From positions 117,738,001 to 117,802,000 of the forward strand of contig OZ024744.1 in the NCBI GenBank assembly GCA_964016885.1: DNA of 64,000 nt, given 5' to 3'. The notes beneath the pieces were generated by a model. The model was not told where the DNA came from, made no database searches, and was given only the letters and a program-made list of their open reading frames with translations. Source of the DNA: Eledone cirrhosa (taxonomy: Eukaryota). Position numbers and translations under genes: made by a program. Shown piece by piece: positions 49,601-64,000 of this stretch (position 1 is the stretch's first letter; each line of letters opens with the position of its first letter).

Positions 49601-52600
49601 TATATATATAGTTGTGATGTCACTGGTACCAAGCTGTATCAGACATTACCTTTCTCTTGGACAACATCATATATATAATATATATATAGTATATATATAG
49701 TTATGATGTCACTGGTACCAAGCTGTATAAGACATTACCTTTCCCTTGGACAACATCATATATAATATATATATAGTATATATATATAGTTGTGATGTCA
49801 CTGGTACCAAGCTGTATCAGACATTACCTTTCCCTTGGACAACATCATATATAATATGTATATATAGTATATATATAGTTGTGATGTCACTGGTACCAAG
49901 CTGTATCAGACATTACCTTTCCCTTGGACAACATCATATATAATATATATATATAGTATATATATAGTTGTGATGTCACTGGTACCAAGCTGTATCAAAC
50001 ATTACCTTTCCCTTACATAACATCATATATAATATATATATATAGTTGTGATGTTACTGGTACCAAGCTGTATCAGACATTACCCTTCTCTTGGACAACA
50101 TCATATACAATATATATATATAGTATATATATAATTGTGATGTCACTGGTACCAAGCTGTATCAGACATTACCTTTCTCTTGGACAACATCATATATAAT
50201 ATATATATAGTATATATATAGTTGTGATGTCACTGGTACCAAGCTGTATCAGACATTACCTTTCTCTTGGACAACATCATATATAATATATATAGAATAT
50301 ATATAGTTGTGATGTCACTGGTACCAAGCTGTATCAGACATTACCTTTCTCTTGGACAACATCATATATATAATATATATATAGTATATATATAGTTGTG
50401 ATGTCACTGGTACCAAGCTGTATCAGACATTACCTTTCTCTTGGACAACATCATATATAATATATATAGAATATATATAGTTGTGATGTCACTGGTACCA
50501 AGCTGTATCAGACATTACCTTTCTCTTGGACAACATCATATATAATATATATAATATATATATAGTTGTGATGTCACTGGTACCAAGCTGTATCAGACAT
50601 TACCTCTCCCTTGGACAACATCATATATAATCTATATATAGTATATATATAGTTGTGATGTCACTGGTACCAAGCTGTATCAGACATTACCTTTCTCTTG
50701 GACAACATCATATATAATATATATAGTATATATATAGTTGTGATGTCACTGGTACCAAGCTGTATCAGATATTACCTGTCCCTTGGACAACATCATATAT
50801 AATATATATAGTATATATATAGCTGTGATGTCACTGGTACCAAGCTGTATCAGACATTACCTTTCTCTTGTACAACATCATATATAATATATATAGTATA
50901 TATATAGCTGTGATGTCACTGGTACCAAGCTGTATCAGACATTACCTTACCCTTGGACAACATCATATATAATATATATATATAGTATATATATAGTTGT
51001 GATGTCACTGGTACCAAGCTGTATCAGACATTACCTGTCCCTTGGACAACATCATATATAATATATATAGTATATATATAGTTGTGATGTCACTGGTACC
51101 AAGCTGTATCAGATATTACCTTTCCCTTGGACAACATCATATATAATATATATAGTATATATATAGTTGTGATGTCACTGGTACCAAGCTGTATCAGACA
51201 TTACCTTTCTCTTGGACAACATCATATATAATATATATATAGTATATATATAGTTGTGATGTCACTGGTACCAAGCTGTATCAGATATTACCTTTCCCTT
51301 GGACAACATCATATATAATATATATAGTATATATATAGTTCTGATGTCACTGGTACCAAGCTGTATCAGACATTACCTCTGCCTTGGACAACATCATATA
51401 TAATATATATAGTATATATATAGTTATGATGTCACAGGTACCAAACTGTATCAGACATTACCTCTGCCTTGGACAACATCATATATAATATATATAGTAT
51501 ATATATAGTTGTGATGTCACTGGTACCAAGCTGTATCAGACATTACCTTACCCTTGGACAACATCATATATAATATATATATAGTATATATATAGTTGTG
51601 ATGTCACTGGTACCAAGCTGTATCAGACATTACCTTTCCCTTACACAACATCATATATAATATATATATATAGTATATATATAGTTGTGATGTCACTGGT
51701 ACCAAGCTGTATCAGACATTACCTTTCTCTTGGACAACATCATATATATAATATATATATAGTATATATATAGTTGTGATGTCACTGGTACCAAGCTGTA
51801 TCAGACATTACCTTTCTCTTGGACAACATCATATATAATATATATAGTATATATATAGTTGTGATGTCACTGGTACCAAGCTGTTTCAGACATTACCTTT
51901 CCCTTGGACAACATCATATATAATATATATAGTATATATATAGTTGTGATGTCACAGGTACCAAACTGTATCAGACATTACCTTTCCCTTACACAACATC
52001 ATATATAATATATATAGTATATATATAGTTGTGATGTCACTGGTACCAAGCTGTATCAGACATTACCTTTCTCTTGGACAACATCATATATATAATATAT
52101 ATATAGTATATATATAGTTGTGATGTCACTGGTACCAAGCTGTATCAGACATTACCTTACCCTTGGACAACATCATATATAATATATATAGTATATATAT
52201 AGTTGTGATGTCAGTGGTACCAAGCTGTATCAGACATTACCTTTCCCTTGGACAACATCATATATAATATATATATATAGTATATATATAGTTGTGATGT
52301 CACTGGTACCAAGCTGTATCAGACATTACCTTTCCCTTGGACAACATCATATATAATATATATATAGTATATATATAGTTGTGATGTCACTGGTACCAAG
52401 CTGTATCAGACATTACCTTTCCCTTACACAACATCATATATAATATATATAGTATATATATAGTTGTGATGTCACTGGTACCAAACTGTATCAGACATTA
52501 CCTTTCCCTTGGACAACATCTTATATAATATATATATAGTATATATATAGTTGTGATGTCACTGGTACCAAGCTGTATCAGATATTACCTTTCTCTTGGA

Positions 52601-55600
52601 CGACATCATATAATATATATATAGTATATATATAGTTGTGATGTCACTGGTACCAAGCTGTATCAGATATTACCTTTCTCTTGGACAACATCATATATAT
52701 AATATATATATAGTATATATATAGTTGTGATGTCACTGGTACCAAGCTGTATCAGACATTACCTTTCTCTTGGACAACATCATATATAATATATATAGTA
52801 TATATATAGTTGTGACGTCACTGGTACCAAGCTGTATCAGACATTACTTTTCTCTTGGACAACATCATATATAATATATATAGTATATATATAGTTGTGA
52901 CGTCACTGGTACCAAGCTGTATCAGACATTACCTTTCCCTTGGACAACATCATATATAATATATATATATAGTATATATATAGTTGTGATGTCACTGGTA
53001 CCAAGCTGTATCAGACATTAGTTTCCCTTGGACAACATCATATATAATATATATATATAGTATATATATAGTTGTGATGTTACTGGTACCAAGCTGTATC
53101 AGACATTACCTTTCCCTTGGACAACATCATATATAATATATATATAGTATATATATAGTTGTGATGTCACTGGTACCAAGCTGTATCAGACATTACCTTT
53201 CTCTTGGACAACATCATATATAACATATATAGAATGTATATAGTTGTGATGTCACTGGTACCAAGCTGTATCAGACATTACCTTTCCCTTGGACAACATC
53301 ACATATAATATATATAGTATATATATAGTTGTGATGTCACTGGTACCAAGCTGTATCAGACATTACCTTTTTCTTGGACGACATCATATAATATATATAG
53401 TATATATATAGTTGTGATGTCACTGGTACCAAGCTGTATCAAACATTACCTGTCCTTTGGACAACATCATATATAATATATATAGTATATATATAGTTGT
53501 GATGTCACTGGTACCAAGCTGTATCAGACATTACCTTTCTCTTGGACAACATCATATATATAATATATATATAGTATATATATAGTTATGATGTCACTGG
53601 TACCAAGCTGTATAAGACATTACCTTTCCCTTGGACAACATCATATATAATATATATATAGTATATATATATAGTTGTGATGTCACTGGTACCAAGCTGT
53701 ATCAGACATTACCTTTCCCTTGGACAACATCATATATAATATATATATATAGTATATATATAGTTGTGATGTCACTGGTACCAAGCTGTATCAGACATTA
53801 CCTTTCCCTTGGACAACATCATATATAATATATATATATAGTATATATATAGTTGTGATGTCACTGGTACCAAGCTGTATCAAACATTACCTTTCCCTTA
53901 CATAACATCATATATAATATATATATATAGTTGTGATGTTACTGGTACCAAGCTGTATCAGACATTACCCTTCTCTTGGACAACATCATATACAATATAT
54001 ATATATAGTATATATATAATTGTGATGTCACTGGTACCAAGCTGTATCAGACATTACCTTTCTCTTGGACAACATCATATATAATATATATATAGTATAT
54101 ATATAGTTGTGATGTCACTGGTACCAAGCTGTATCAGACATTACCTTTCTCTTGGACAACATCATATATAATATATATAGAATATATATAGTTGTGATGT
54201 CACTGGTACCAAGCTGTATCAGACATTACCTTTCTCTTGGACAACATCATATATATAATATATATATAGTATATATATAGTTGTGATGTCACTGGTACCA
54301 AGCTGTATCAGACATTACCTTTCTCTTGGACAACATCATATATAATATATATAGAATATATATAGTTGTGATGTCACTGGTACCAAGCTGTATCAGACAT
54401 TACCTTTCTCTTGGACAACATCATATATAATATATATAGTATATATATAGTTGTGATGTCACTGGTACCAAGCTGTATCAGACATTACCTCTCCCTTGGA
54501 CAACATCATATATAATCTATATATAGTATATATATAGTTGTGATGTCACTGGTACCAAGCTGTATCAGACATTACCTTTCTCTTGGACAACATCATATAT
54601 AATATATATAGTATATATATAGTTGTGATGTCACTGGTACCAAGCTGTATCAGATATTACCTGTCCCTTGGACAACATCATATATAATATATATAGTATA
54701 TATATAGCTGTGATGTCACTGGTACCAAGCTGTATCAGACATTACCTTTCTCTTGTACAACATCATATATAATATATATAGTATATATATAGCTGTGATG
54801 TCACTGGTACCAAGCTGTATCAGACATTACCTTACCCTTGGACAACATCATATATAATATATATATATAGTATATATATAGTTGTGATGTCACTGGTACC
54901 AAGCTGTATCAGACATTACCTGTCCCTTGGACAACATCATATATAATATATATAGTATATATATAGTTGTGATGTCACTGGTACCAAGCTGTATCAGATA
55001 TTACCTTTCCCTTGGACAACATCATATATAATATATATAGTATATATATAGTTGTGATGTCACTGGTACCAAGCTGTATCAGACATTACCTCTGCCTTGG
55101 ACAACATCATATATAATATATATAGTATATATATAGTTATGATGTCACAGGTACCAAACTGTATCAGACATTACCTCTGCCTTGGACAACATCATATATA
55201 ATATATATAGTATATATATAGTTGTGATGTCACTGGTACCAAGCTGTATCAGACATTACCTTACCCTTGGACAACATCATATATAATATATATATAGTAT
55301 ATATATAGTTGTGATGTCACTGGTACCAAGCTGTATCAGACATTACCTTTCCCTTACACAACATCATATATAATATATATATATAGTATATATATAGTTG
55401 TGATGTCACTGGTACCAAGCTGTATCAGACATTACCTTTCTCTTGGACAACATCATATATATAATATATATATAGTATATATATAGTTGTGATGTCACTG
55501 GTACCAAGCTGTATCAGACATTACCTTTCTCTTGGACAACATCATATATAATATATATAGTATATATATAGTTGTGATGTCACTGGTACCAAGCTGTTTC

Positions 55601-58600
55601 AGACATTACCTTTCCCTTGGACAACATCATATATAATATATATAGTATATATATAGTTGTGATGTCACAGGTACCAAACTGTATCAGACATTACCTTTCC
55701 CTTACACAACATCATATATAATATATATAGTATATATATAGTTGTGATGTCACTGGTACCAAGCTGTATCAGACATTACCTTTCTCTTGGACAACATCAT
55801 ATATATAATATATATATAGTATATATATAGTTGTGATGTCACTGGTACCAAGCTGTATCAGACATTACCTTACCCTTGGACAACATCATATATAATATAT
55901 ATAGTATATATATAGTTGTGATGTCAGTGGTACCAAGCTGTATCAGACATTACCTTTCCCTTGGACAACATCATATATAATATATATATATAGTATATAT
56001 ATAGTTGTGATGTCACTGGTACCAAGCTGTATCAGACATTACCTTTCCCTTGGACAACATCATATATAATATATATATAGTATATATATAGTTGTGATGT
56101 CACTGGTACCAAGCTGTATCAGACATTACCTTTCCCTTACACAACATCATATATAATATATATAGTATATATATAGTTGTGATGTCACTGGTACCAAACT
56201 GTATCAGACATTACCTTTCCCTTGGACAACATCTTATATAATATATATATAGTATATATATAGTTGTGATGTCACTGGTACCAAGCTGTATCAGATATTA
56301 CCTTTCTCTTGGACGACATCATATAATATATATATAGTATATATATAGTTGTGATGTCACTGGTACCAAGCTGTATCAGATATTACCTTTCTCTTGGACA
56401 ACATCATATATATAATATATATATAGTATATATATAGTTGTGATGTCACTGGTACCAAGCTGTATCAGACATTACCTTTCTCTTGGACAACATCATATAT
56501 AATATATATAGTATATATATAGTTGTGACGTCACTGGTACCAAGCTGTATCAGACATTACTTTTCTCTTGGACAACATCATATATAATATATATAGTATA
56601 TATATAGTTGTGACGTCACTGGTACCAAGCTGTATCAGACATTACCTTTCCCTTGGACAACATCATATATAATATATATATATAGTATATATATAGTTGT
56701 GATGTCACTGGTACCAAGCTGTATCAGACATTACCTTTCCCTTGGACAACATCATATATAATATATATATATAGTATATATATAGTTGTGATGTTACTGG
56801 TACCAAGCTGTATCAGACATTACCTGTCCCTTGGACAACATCATATATAATATATATATTATATATATAGTTGTGATGTCACTGGTACCAAGCTGTATCA
56901 GACATTACCTTTCTCTTGGAGAACATCATATATAATATATATAGTATATATATAGTTGTGATGTCACTGGTACCAAGCTGTATCAGACATTACCCTTCTC
57001 TTGGACAACATCATATACAATATATATATATAGTTGTGATGTCACTGGTACCAAGCTGTATCAGACATTACCTTTCCCTTGGACAACATCATATATAATA
57101 TATATATATAGTATATATATAGTTGTGATGTTACTGGTACCAAGCTGTATCAGACATTACCTGTCCCTTGGACAACATCATATATAATATATATATTATA
57201 TATATAGTTGTGATGTCACTGGTACCAAGCTGTATCAGACATTACCTTTCTCTTGGAGAACATCATATATAATATATATAGTATATATATAGTTGTGATG
57301 TCACTGGTACCAAGCTGTATCAGACATTACCCTTCTCTTGGACAACATCATATACAATATATATATATAGTATATATATAGTTGTGATGTCACTGGTACC
57401 AAGCTGTATCAGACATTACCTTTCTCTTGGACAACATCATATATAACATATATAGAATATATATAGTTGTGATGTCACTGGTACCAAGCTGTATCAGACA
57501 TTACCTTTCCCTTGGACAACATCACATATAATATATATAGTATATATATAGTTGTGATGTCACTGGTACCAAGCTGTATCAGACATTACCTTTTTCTTGG
57601 ACGACATCATATAATATATATAGTATATATATAGTTGTGATGTCACTGGTACCAAGCTGTATCAAACATTACCTGTCCCTTGGACAACATCATATATAAT
57701 ATATATAGTATATATATAGTTGTGATGTCACTGGTACCAAGCTGTATCCGACATTACCTTTCTCTTGGACGACATCATATAATATATATAGTATATATAT
57801 AGTTGTGATGTCACTGGTACCAAGCTGTATCAAACATTACCTTTCCCTTGGACAACATCATATATAATATATATAGTATATATATAGTTGTGATGTCACT
57901 GGTACCAAGCTGTATCAGACATTACCTTTCTCTTGGACAACATCATATATATAATATATATATAGTATATATATAGTTATGATGTCACTGGTACCAAGCT
58001 GTATCAGACATTACCTTTCCCTTGGACAACATCATATATAATATATATATATAGTATATATATAGTTGTGATGTCACTGGTACCAAGCTGTATCAGACAT
58101 TACCTTTCTCTTGGACAACATCATATATATAATATATATATAGTATATATATAGTTGTGATGTCACTGGTACCAAGCTGTATCAGACATTACCTTTCTCT
58201 TGGACAACATCATATATAATATATATAGTATATATATAGTTGTGACGTCACTGGTACCAAGCTGTATCAGACATTACCTTTCTCTTGGACAACATCATAT
58301 ATAATATATATAGTATATATATAGTTGTGACGTCACTGGTACCAAGCTGTATCAGACATTACCTTTCCCTTGGACAACATCATATATAATATATATATAT
58401 AGTATATATATAGTTGTGATGTCACTGGTACCAAGCTGTATCAGACATTACCTTTCCCTTGGACAACATCATATATAATATATATAGTATATATATAGTT
58501 GTGATGTCACTGGTACCAAGCTGTATCAAACATTACCTTTCCCTTACACATCATATATAATATATATATATAGTTGTGATGTTACTGGTACCAAGCTGTA

Positions 58601-61600
58601 TCAGACATTACCTTTCCCTTGGACAACATCATATATAATATATATAGTATATATATAGTTGTGATGTCACTGGTACCAAGCTGTATCAGACATTACCTTA
58701 CCCTTGGACAACATCATATATAATATATATTGTATATATATAGTTCTGATGTCACTGGTACCAAGCTGTATCAGACATTACCTTTCTCTTGGACAACATC
58801 ATATATAATATATATATAGTATATATATAGTTGTGATGTCACTGGTACCAAGCTGTATCAGACATTACCTTTCCCTTGGACAACATCATATATAATATAT
58901 ATAGTATATATATAGTTGTGATGTCACTGGTACCAAGCTGTATCAGACATTACCTTTCTCTTGGACAACATCATATATAATATATATAGTATATATATAG
59001 TTGTGATGTCACTGGTACCAAGCTGTATCAGACATTATCTGTCCCTTGGACAACATCATATATAATATATATATAGTATATATATAGTTGTGATGTCACT
59101 GGTACCAAGCTGTATCAGACATAAACTTTCCCTTGGACAACATCATATATAATATATATAGTATATATATAGTTGTGATGTCACTGGTACCAAGCTGTAT
59201 CAGACATTACCTTTCCCTTGGACAACATCATATATAATATATATAGTATATATATAGTTGTGATGTCACTGGTACCAAGCTGTATCAGACATTACCTTTC
59301 CCTTGGACAACATCATATATAATATATATAGTATATATATAGTTGTGATGTCACTGGTACCAAGCTGTATCAGACATTACCTTTCTCTTGGACAACATCA
59401 TATATAATATATATATATAGTATATATATAGTTGTGATGTCACTGGTACCAAGCTGTATCAGACATTATCTGTCCCTTGGACAACATCATATATAATATA
59501 TATAGTATATATATAGTTGTGATGTCACTGGTACCAAGCTGTATCAGACATTACCTTTCCCTTGGACAACATCATATATAATATATATAGTATATATATA
59601 GTTGTGATGTCACTGATACCAAGCTGTATCAGACATTACCTTTCCCTTGGACAACATCATATATAATATATATAGTATATATATAGTTGTGATGTCACTG
59701 GTACCAAGCTGTATCAGACATTACCTTTCCCTTGGACAACATCATATATAATATATATAGTATATATATAGTTGTGATGTCACTGGTACCAAGCTGTATC
59801 AGACATTACCTTTCTCTTGGACAACATCATATATATAATATATATATAGTATATATATAGTTGTGATGTCACTGGTACCAAGCTGTGTCAGACATTACCT
59901 TTCTCTTGGACAACATCATATATAATATATATAGTATATATATAGTTGTGATGTCACTGGTACCAAGCTGTATCAGACATTACCTTTCCCTTGGACAACA
60001 TCATATATAATATATATAGTATATATATAGTTGTGATGTCACTGGTACCAAGCTGTATCAGACATTACCTTTCTCTTGGACAACATCATATATATAATAT
60101 ATATATAGTATATATATAGTTGTGATGTCACTGGTACCAAGCTGTATCAGACATTACCTTTCTCTTGGACAACATCATATATAATATATATAGTATATAT
60201 ATAGTTGTGACGTCACTGGTACCAAGCTGTATCAGACATTACCTTTCCCTTCGACAACATCATATATAATATATATATATAGTATATATATAGTTGTGAT
60301 GTCAGTGGTACCAAGCTGTATCAGACATTACCTTTCCCTTGGACAACATCATATATAATACATATAGTATATATATATAGTTGTGATGTCACTGGTACCA
60401 AGCTGTATCAGACATTACCTTTCCCTTGGACAACATCATATATAATATATATATAGTATATATATAGTTGTGATGTCACTGGTACCAAGCTGTATCAGAC
60501 ATTACCTTTCTCTTGGACAACATCTTATATAATATATATAGTATATATATAGTTGTGATGTCACTGGTACCAAGCTGTATCAGACATTACCTTTCTCTTG
60601 GACAACATCATATATAATATATATAGTATATATATAGTTGTGATGTCACTGGTACCAAGCTGTATCAGACATTACCTTACCCTTGGACAACATCATATAT
60701 AATATATATATATAGTATATATATAGTTGTGATGTCACTGGTACCAAGCTGTATCAGACATTACCTGTCCCTTGGACAACATCATATATAATATATATAG
60801 TATATATATAGTTGTGATGTCACTGGTACCAAGCTGTATCAGACATTACCTTTCCCTTGGACAACATCATATATAATATATATATAGTATATATATAGTT
60901 GTGATGTCACTGGTACCAAGCTGTATCAGACATTACCTTTCCCTTACACAACATCATATATAATATATATAGTATATATATAGTTGTGATGTCACTGGTA
61001 CCAAGCTGTATCAGACATTACCTTTCCCTTGGACAACATCATATATAATATATATATAGTATATATATTGTTGTGATGTCACTGGTACCAAGCTGTATCA
61101 GACATTACCTGTCCCTTGGACAACATCATATATAATATATATATAGTATATATATAGTTGTGATGTCACTGGTACCAAGCTGTATCAGACATTACCTTTC
61201 CCTTGGACAACATCATATATAATATATATATAGTATATATATTGTTGTGATGTCACTGGTACCAAGCTGTATCAGACATTACCTGTCCCTTGGACAACAT
61301 CATATATAATATATATATAGTATATATATAGTTGTGATGTCACTGGTACCAAGCTGTATCAGACATTACCTTTCCCTTGGACAACATCTTATATAATATA
61401 TATATAGTATATATATTGTTGTGATGTCACTGGTACCAAGCTGTATCAGATATTACCTTTCTCTTGGACGACATCATATAATATATATAGTATATATATA
61501 GTTGTGATGTCACTGGTACCAAGCTGTATCAGACATTACCTTTCTCTTGGACGACATCATATAATATATATAGTATATATATAGTTGTGATGTCACTGGT

Positions 61601-63272
61601 ACCAAGCTGTATCAAACATTACCTGTCCCTTGGACAACATCATATATAATATATATAGTATATATATAGTTGTGATGTCACTGGTACCAAGCTGTATCAG
61701 ATATTACCTTTCCCTTGGACAACATCATATATATAATATATATATAGTATATATATAGTTGTGATGTCACTGGTACCAAGCTGTATCAGACATTACCTTT
61801 CTCTTGGACAACATCATATATAATATATATAGTATATATATAGTTGTGATGTCACTGGTACCAAGCTGTATCAGACATTACCTTTCCCTTGGACAACATC
61901 ATATATAATATATATAGTATATATATAGTTGTGATGTCACTGGTACCAAGCTGTATCAGACATTACCTTTCCCTTGGACAACATCATATATAATATATAT
62001 AGTATATATATAGTTGTGATGTCACTGGTACCAAGCTGTATCAGACATTACCTTTCCCTTGGACAACATCATATATAATATATATAGTATATATATAGTT
62101 GTGATGTCACTGGTACCAAGCTGTATCAGACATTACCTTTCTCTTGGACAACATCATATATATAATATATATATAGTATATATATAGTTGTGATGTCACT
62201 GGTACCAAGCTGTATCAGACATTACCTTTCTCTTGGACAACATCATATATAATATATATAGTATATATATAGTTGTGACGTCACTGGTACCAAGCTGTAT
62301 CAGACATTACCTTTCCCTTGGTCAACATCATATATAATATATATAGTATATATATAGTTGTGATGTCACTGGTACCAAGCTGTATCAGACATTACCTTTC
62401 CCTTGGACAACATCATATATAATATATATAGTATATATATAGTTGTGACGTCACTGGTACCAAGCTGTATCAGACATTACCTTTCCCTTGGTCAACATCA
62501 TATATAATATATATAGTATATATATAGTTGTGATGTCACTGGTACCAAGCTGTATCAGACATTACCTTTCCCTTGGACAACATCATATATAATATATATA
62601 GTATATATATAGTTGTGATGTCACTGGTACCAAGCTGTATCAGAGATTACCTTTCTCTTGGACAACATCATATATAATATATATATAGTATATATATAGT
62701 TGTGATGTCACTGTTACCAAGCTGTATCAGACATTACCTTTCCCTTGGACAACATCATATATAATATATATAGTATATATATAGTTGTGATGTCACTGGT
62801 ACCAAGCTGTATCAGACATTACTTTTCTCTTGGACAACATCATATATAATATATATAGTATATATATAGTTGTGATGTCACTGGTACCAAGCTGTATCAG
62901 ACATTACCTTTCCCTTGGACAACATCATATATAATATATATATAGTATATATATAGTTGTGATGTCACTGGTACCAAGCTGTATCAGACATTACCTTTCC
63001 CTTGGACAACATCATATATAATATATATATAGTATATATATAGTTGTGATGTCACTGGTACCAAGCTGTATCAGACATTACCTTTCCCTTGGACAACATC
63101 ATATATAATATATATAGTATATATATAGTTGTGATGTCACTGGTACCAAGCTGTATCAGAGATTACCTTTCTCTTGGACAACATCATATATAATATATAT
63201 ATAGTATATATATAGTTGTGTTGTCACTGGTACCAAGCTGTATCAGACATTACCTGTCCCCCGGGCATCATC

Positions 63273-63409
63273 GGCAGTGTGGAGAGGGGTGACTGGTATA
63301 CATGGGTGACTGTTGGTCTTCCACAAACAACCTTGTCAGGACTTGTGCCTTGGTGGGGAACTTTCTAGGTGCAATGCCATGGTCATTGTTGACTTGAAGG
63401 GGGTCTTTA

Positions 63410-63411
<2 letters not shown>
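63273..63411 (+). mobile_element. 3' half of the SINE that hosts the satellite
   Basis: The last unit lacks the TA spacer and continues GGCAGTGTGGAGAGGGG...GAAGGGGGTCTTTACC, matching my recollection of the continuation of this octopus SINE; followed by (TA)n. Confidence 0.7.

Positions 63412-63478
<67 letters not shown>
63412..63478. repeat. Pure (TA)n microsatellite
   Basis: Direct reading. Confidence 0.98.
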
Positions 63479-63484
<6 letters not shown>

Positions 63485-63729
63485 GTTAAACAATATTCAA
63501 TGATTATGTCAAAGAATGAGTTTTACAGTATATTGGAAGCACTCAACGGAAATAATTTTCTGGAGTTATTAATATTAAAATATAAGTATTAATGAAATAG
63601 ATGTTCTTTTAATCAATTACATTTTATTATACATATTTCGGATGTACAACAGTACATCCTCATCAGACAAAATATAATGATACATGACATACCCTGAGAT
63701 GTTAAATGGTTAAGATTTAATCCAGGTAG
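63479..63729 (-). mobile_element. Short hammerhead-bearing insert (solo PLE pLTR-like)
   Basis: AT-rich 250 bp between TA runs; the flank TATTTTGTCTGA is shared with the 26.2 kb motif. Confidence 0.6.
63621..63673 (-). ncRNA. Minimal type I hammerhead ribozyme
   Basis: ATTTTGT-CTGATGA-GGATGTAC tgtt GTACATCC-GAAA-TATGTA-TA^-ATAAAAT; perfect 8-bp helix II and 7-bp helix I. Confidence 0.85.
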
Positions 63730-64000
63730 ATATATATATATATATATATAGGGAGTGTAAGGGGTGCTGTTACTGTAGTTTCACCCAAGTGAACACTCGA
63801 TGCATAGTTTCCCGTCAGGTAACGAGGTGTAGAACTAAACAGGCAGTACATATGATAGTAAAAGGAGGAATTGTTATGCCTTCATTACGTTTGAGTAGGT
63901 TCGACGTCTTTTGGTTCCATAGTTGGGCCAGATTGAATCAGATCGAACCTTGCGCTGATCAATAGCGAAGCATCAATACTCAATAAACGTAATGAAGACA

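Larger units (their letters stand above)
31700..63272. repeat. Tandem satellite array, 85-89 bp unit (59-bp SINE-derived core plus TA-rich spacer), roughly 330 copies
   Basis: Core AGTTGTGATGTCACTGGTACCAAGCTGTATCAGACATTACCTTTCYCTTGGACAACATC plus ATATATAATATATATAGTATATATAT; period 85 measured from 34384 to 34469. Interrupted once by an RTE. Copy number is estimated from length. Confidence 0.98.

Noticed and set aside
37834-57098. Repeated 60-65 aa ORFs (MDNIIYNIY...)
   Set aside because: Chance read-through of satellite units from non-ATG starts.
31700-63272. CRISPR-like repeat-spacer appearance
   Set aside because: The spacers are the same TA-rich sequence rather than unique, the repeat is 59 bp and SINE-derived, there are no cas genes, and the context is eukaryotic.

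Overview
Eukaryotic, repeat-saturated DNA. The SINE and LINE families look like those of an octopus/cephalopod genome (inference). The window appears to lie in introns of a + strand host gene whose first coding exon (about 28288-29486, low-complexity N/Q/S/T/A-rich) is the only clear host sequence. Positions 1-28 kb are long degenerate (TA)n tracts carrying insertions from many retroelement families: several RTE LINEs with intact ORFs (three with a PHD finger inside the RT), CR1-group fragments, a tRNA/CORE SINE, and a near-complete Neptune-type Penelope-like element (PLE). That PLE has two ORFs joined at a U_UUU_UUA -1 slippery site. Reading both strands shows six well-formed, distinct minimal type I hammerhead ribozyme motifs (nine copies) plus a degenerate one, each with its own palindromic or near-palindromic helix III, mostly in short solo-pLTR or fold-back inserts. 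One fold-back has a loop identical to 20 nt of the host exon 2.3 kb downstream. Positions 31.7-63.3 kb are a roughly 330-copy, 85-89 bp satellite that amplified inside a single SINE; it shows higher-order repeats and one later RTE insertion. The IYIY-type ORFs are artefacts, and there is no CRISPR array, rRNA or true tRNA gene.
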